Below, piece after piece: positions 62,277 through 64,000 of a stretch of 64,000 bases of DNA. A program made the position numbers and the translations under genes. Positions within the stretch are counted from its first letter, which is position 1, and every line of letters begins with the position of its first letter. Source of the DNA: Gemmatimonadales bacterium. GTDB taxonomy: Bacteria > Gemmatimonadota > Gemmatimonadetes > Gemmatimonadales > GWC2-71-9. The DNA lies in assembly GCA_036393515.1 (NCBI GenBank), contig DASWGV010000207.1:15323-79322 (forward strand), read 5' to 3'. The notes below the pieces were generated by a model, which was given only the letters and a program-made list of their open reading frames with translations, ran no database searches and was not told the DNA's origin.

Positions 62277-62771
62277 ATGATCATGCCTCCCATGCGCCAG
62301 CGCTTCGGCCTCGGCTACGACTCGCACGCCTTCGGCGCGAAACGCGCCTTGGTCCTCGGCGGCGTCAAGATCAAACATACCAGCGGACTGAAGGGCCATT
62401 CGGACGGCGACGCGGTCGCGCACGCCCTGATTGACGCGCTGTTGGGTGCCGCGGCCATGGGGGATGTGGGTCGCCTGTTTCCCGACACCGATCCCAAGTG
62501 GGAAAACGCTGACTCCATGCAGCTCCTCACCGACGTGCGGCGTCGAGTGGTGGCTGCCGGGTATTCGATCGTGAATGTCGACGTCACAGTCATCACCGAG
62601 AAGCCCCAGCTCGCCCCCCATGCCGATGCCATGCGCGAGCGTTTGGCGGCCGTCCTGGGTGTTGCGGCCGGCGCCGTATCCATCAAGGCCAAAACGAACG
62701 AGGGCCTCGACGACGTTGGCAAGGGCAAGGGACTCCAGGTGTTCGCCATCGCCGCGCTGGCGGGGGCCTAG
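62277..62771 (+). CDS. ispF: 2-C-methyl-D-erythritol 2,4-cyclodiphosphate synthase
   Basis: GLGYDSHAF and GHSDGDAVAHAL. True start may be ATG 62292 (MRQRFGLGYDSH). Confidence 0.93.
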   Translation: MIMPPMRQRFGLGYDSHAFGAKRALVLGGVKIKHTSGLKGHSDGDAVAHALIDALLGAAAMGDVGRLFPDTDPKWENADSMQLLTDVRRRVVAAGYSIVNVDVTVITEKPQLAPHADAMRERLAAVLGVAAGAVSIKAKTNEGLDDVGKGKGLQVFAIAALAGA

Positions 62772-62828
62772 CTGCTCGAGAGCCTGCTCGAACGGATCGT
62801 CGCGCTTCCACCGGCCGCCGTCTATTTC

Positions 62829-63416
62829 GTGATCGGAGCCCTGGCCGGCCTGGAAAACGTTTTCCCCCCGGTACCGGCGGACACGGCGGTCGCGCTGGGA
62901 GCATTCCTGTCCAATGCGGGGGCGGTGTCGGCGACCGCCGTCTTTCTCATCACGTGGACCGCCAACGTCACCACGGCCACGGCGGTGTACCTCGCGGGCC
63001 GTACCCTTGGACGACCGTTCTTCTCAGGACGACTCGGCCGGCGCCTGCTGGATCCCGCTCGATTGGACCGGTTGGAACGGTTGTACCGGGAGCACGGCGC
63101 GTGGGGGATCTTCCTGTCTCGATTCATTCCCGGCGTGCGGGCGGTGGTGCCGCCGTTTGCCGGGATCGCCGGACTGGGCGCGTGGCGCGCAATCGTGCCC
63201 ATGGCGGTGGCGTCGGGCCTCTGGTACGGCCTCCTCACGCTGCTGGCGGCGACCGCCGCACGATCGCTGGACGACCTGGCCCTTCTGGTTGCGCGCCTCA
63301 ACTGGGCAGTCGCATTGATCGCGGTTTCCGGAGCCGCCGCCATTGTCGCCGGGATCGTCCTGAGGCGTCGTCGTCACAAGTCCCCCTCTCCCGACCGGGA
63401 GAGAGGACTGGGCTGA
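62829..63416 (+). CDS. dedA: DedA-family membrane protein
   Basis: ENVFPPVPADTAVALGAFL and FLSRFIPGVRAVVPPFAG. GTG 62829 is the track start. The in-frame upstream LLESLLERIVALPPAAVYFV looks like genuine DedA N-terminus, so a non-canonical start near 62772 is possible. Confidence 0.8.
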   Translation: MIGALAGLENVFPPVPADTAVALGAFLSNAGAVSATAVFLITWTANVTTATAVYLAGRTLGRPFFSGRLGRRLLDPARLDRLERLYREHGAWGIFLSRFIPGVRAVVPPFAGIAGLGAWRAIVPMAVASGLWYGLLTLLAATAARSLDDLALLVARLNWAVALIAVSGAAAIVAGIVLRRRRHKSPSPDRERGLG

Positions 63417-63446
63417 GGTGAAGCGCCGGCGGGAGGGTGGACCGGC

Positions 63447-64000
63447 GTGAGGATCGCCCGAAAGCGAGGCGAGGCGGGGGTATCCGCCGACCACGCCTTT
63501 TGGCTCGAAGGCTTCACGGATTTCCTGAGCCTGGAAGCGGGCAACAGCCGTCACACCGTGGATGGGTACGTCCGAGATGTGCGAAGGCTGGCTCAGTTCG
63601 CTGTCTCCCGGAGCAAGCCCGGCCCGGACAGTGTGTCTCCCAGCGATCTGCGGGATTTCGTGTATCACTTGAAGGATCTCGGGCTGGCGCCCACCAGCAT
63701 CCGGCGGGAGATCTCCGCACTGCGCACCTATTTCCGCTTTCTGGTCGCCGAGGGCCACCTCACCAGCGACCCGTGCGGCCGGCTCGAGCTGCCCAAGGCG
63801 TGGCGCCGGTTGCCCGCGGTACTCACGGTCGCCGAGGTCGAGGCACTGCTTGGCGCGCCGAGTCCGGACGAACCCCTGGGCTGGCGCGATCGCGCGTTGC
63901 TGGAAGTCGCCTACGGGACGGGGGTCCGCGTGTCCGAGCTGGTGGGGCTGGAAGCCCCGGACATCTGGTTTGATGAGGCGCTCATCCGGGTGCGGGGGAA
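63447..64000 (+). CDS. xerD: Tyrosine recombinase XerD/XerC-type (3' end cut by the window)
   Basis: This frame is not in the ORF track because it runs off the window. GTG 63447 gives VRIARKRGEAGVSADHAFWLEGFTDFLSLEAGNSRHTVDGYVRDVRRL...WRDRALLEVAYGTGVRVSELVGLE, typical of Xer N-terminal and early catalytic domains. Confidence 0.8.
   Translation, partial: MRIARKRGEAGVSADHAFWLEGFTDFLSLEAGNSRHTVDGYVRDVRRLAQFAVSRSKPGPDSVSPSDLRDFVYHLKDLGLAPTSIRREISALRTYFRFLVAEGHLTSDPCGRLELPKAWRRLPAVLTVAEVEALLGAPSPDEPLGWRDRALLEVAYGTGVRVSELVGLEAPDIWFDEALIRVRG

Noticed and set aside
63447-64000. Xer-type recombinase as the integrase of a mobile element
   Set aside because: The N-terminal sequence looks like housekeeping XerC/XerD. 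There is no adjacent tRNA, att-like repeat or phage/transposon gene in the window. This cannot be settled because the gene and its downstream context are cut off.
1-64000. Search by eye for rRNA, tRNA, CRISPR repeats, IS elements, large direct or inverted repeats, and riboswitch-sized leaders
   Set aside because: Coding density is very high and the few gaps are under 160 bp. None of them shows tRNA-like cloverleaf segments, repeat-spacer periodicity or transposase genes. A tRNAscan/Infernal run would be needed to be certain.

Overview
Very GC-rich bacterial chromosomal segment. The third-position GC bias is strong enough that every real gene is shadowed by long Arg/Pro/Gly-rich ORFs in other frames. 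I call 63 protein-coding genes (one cut by the window end). Reading by eye, I found no rRNA, tRNA, CRISPR array or transposase. Gene order, 5' to 3': (1) tail of a Bat/aerotolerance-type operon (BatC-like TPR protein, BatD-BatE fusion); (2) mutL-miaA, a BshA-type glycosyltransferase, uppP, birA-coaX; (3) two membrane proteins, a SAM methyltransferase and a DUF5916-like exported protein; (4) a ~13.5 kb amino-acid/peptide salvage neighbourhood (APC permease; GNAT-like -> N-acylamino-acid racemase -> M20D amidohydrolase operon with a divergent GntR regulator; a VapBC toxin-antitoxin insert; exported CPG2-like M20 peptidase + MBL hydrolase; a second GNAT-like paralog paired with an exported D-aminoacylase; DPP-IV-type S9 peptidase); (5) a zinc-ribbon membrane orphan and dcd; (6) a complete 14-gene nuoA-N Complex I operon; (7) phosphomannomutase and a UPF0182 membrane protein; (8) sucC-sucD-(EIIA-like/CBS protein)-ndk; (9) yceD-rpmF-plsX-fabH-fabD-fabG-acpP-fabF, followed directly by futalosine-pathway genes mqnE-mqnA-mqnC and a short purE-like gene; (10) a membrane Ser/Thr kinase, an aminotransferase, ispF, dedA and the 5' part of a Xer-type recombinase. 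Many neighbouring genes overlap by 1 or 4 nt (GTGA/ATGA/TGATG), which helped fix start codons. Several sigma70-like TTGnnn-N17/18-TAnnnT promoter candidates are visible in the few real intergenic gaps. The gene set and composition would fit Gemmatimonadota or a related lineage; that is inference only. Overall this is mostly housekeeping DNA, and I see no convincing defence island or mobile element. The most promising non-obvious items are the duplicated GNAT-like / racemase / L- and D-deacylase arrangement (a predicted amino-acid chirality-editing module), a Rex-type operator on the nuo promoter, a degenerate EIIA-CBS protein wedged between sucD and ndk, and a non-canonical Cys spacing in the putative MqnE radical-SAM enzyme. 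All family assignments come from motif recognition by eye and need HMM or BLAST confirmation.
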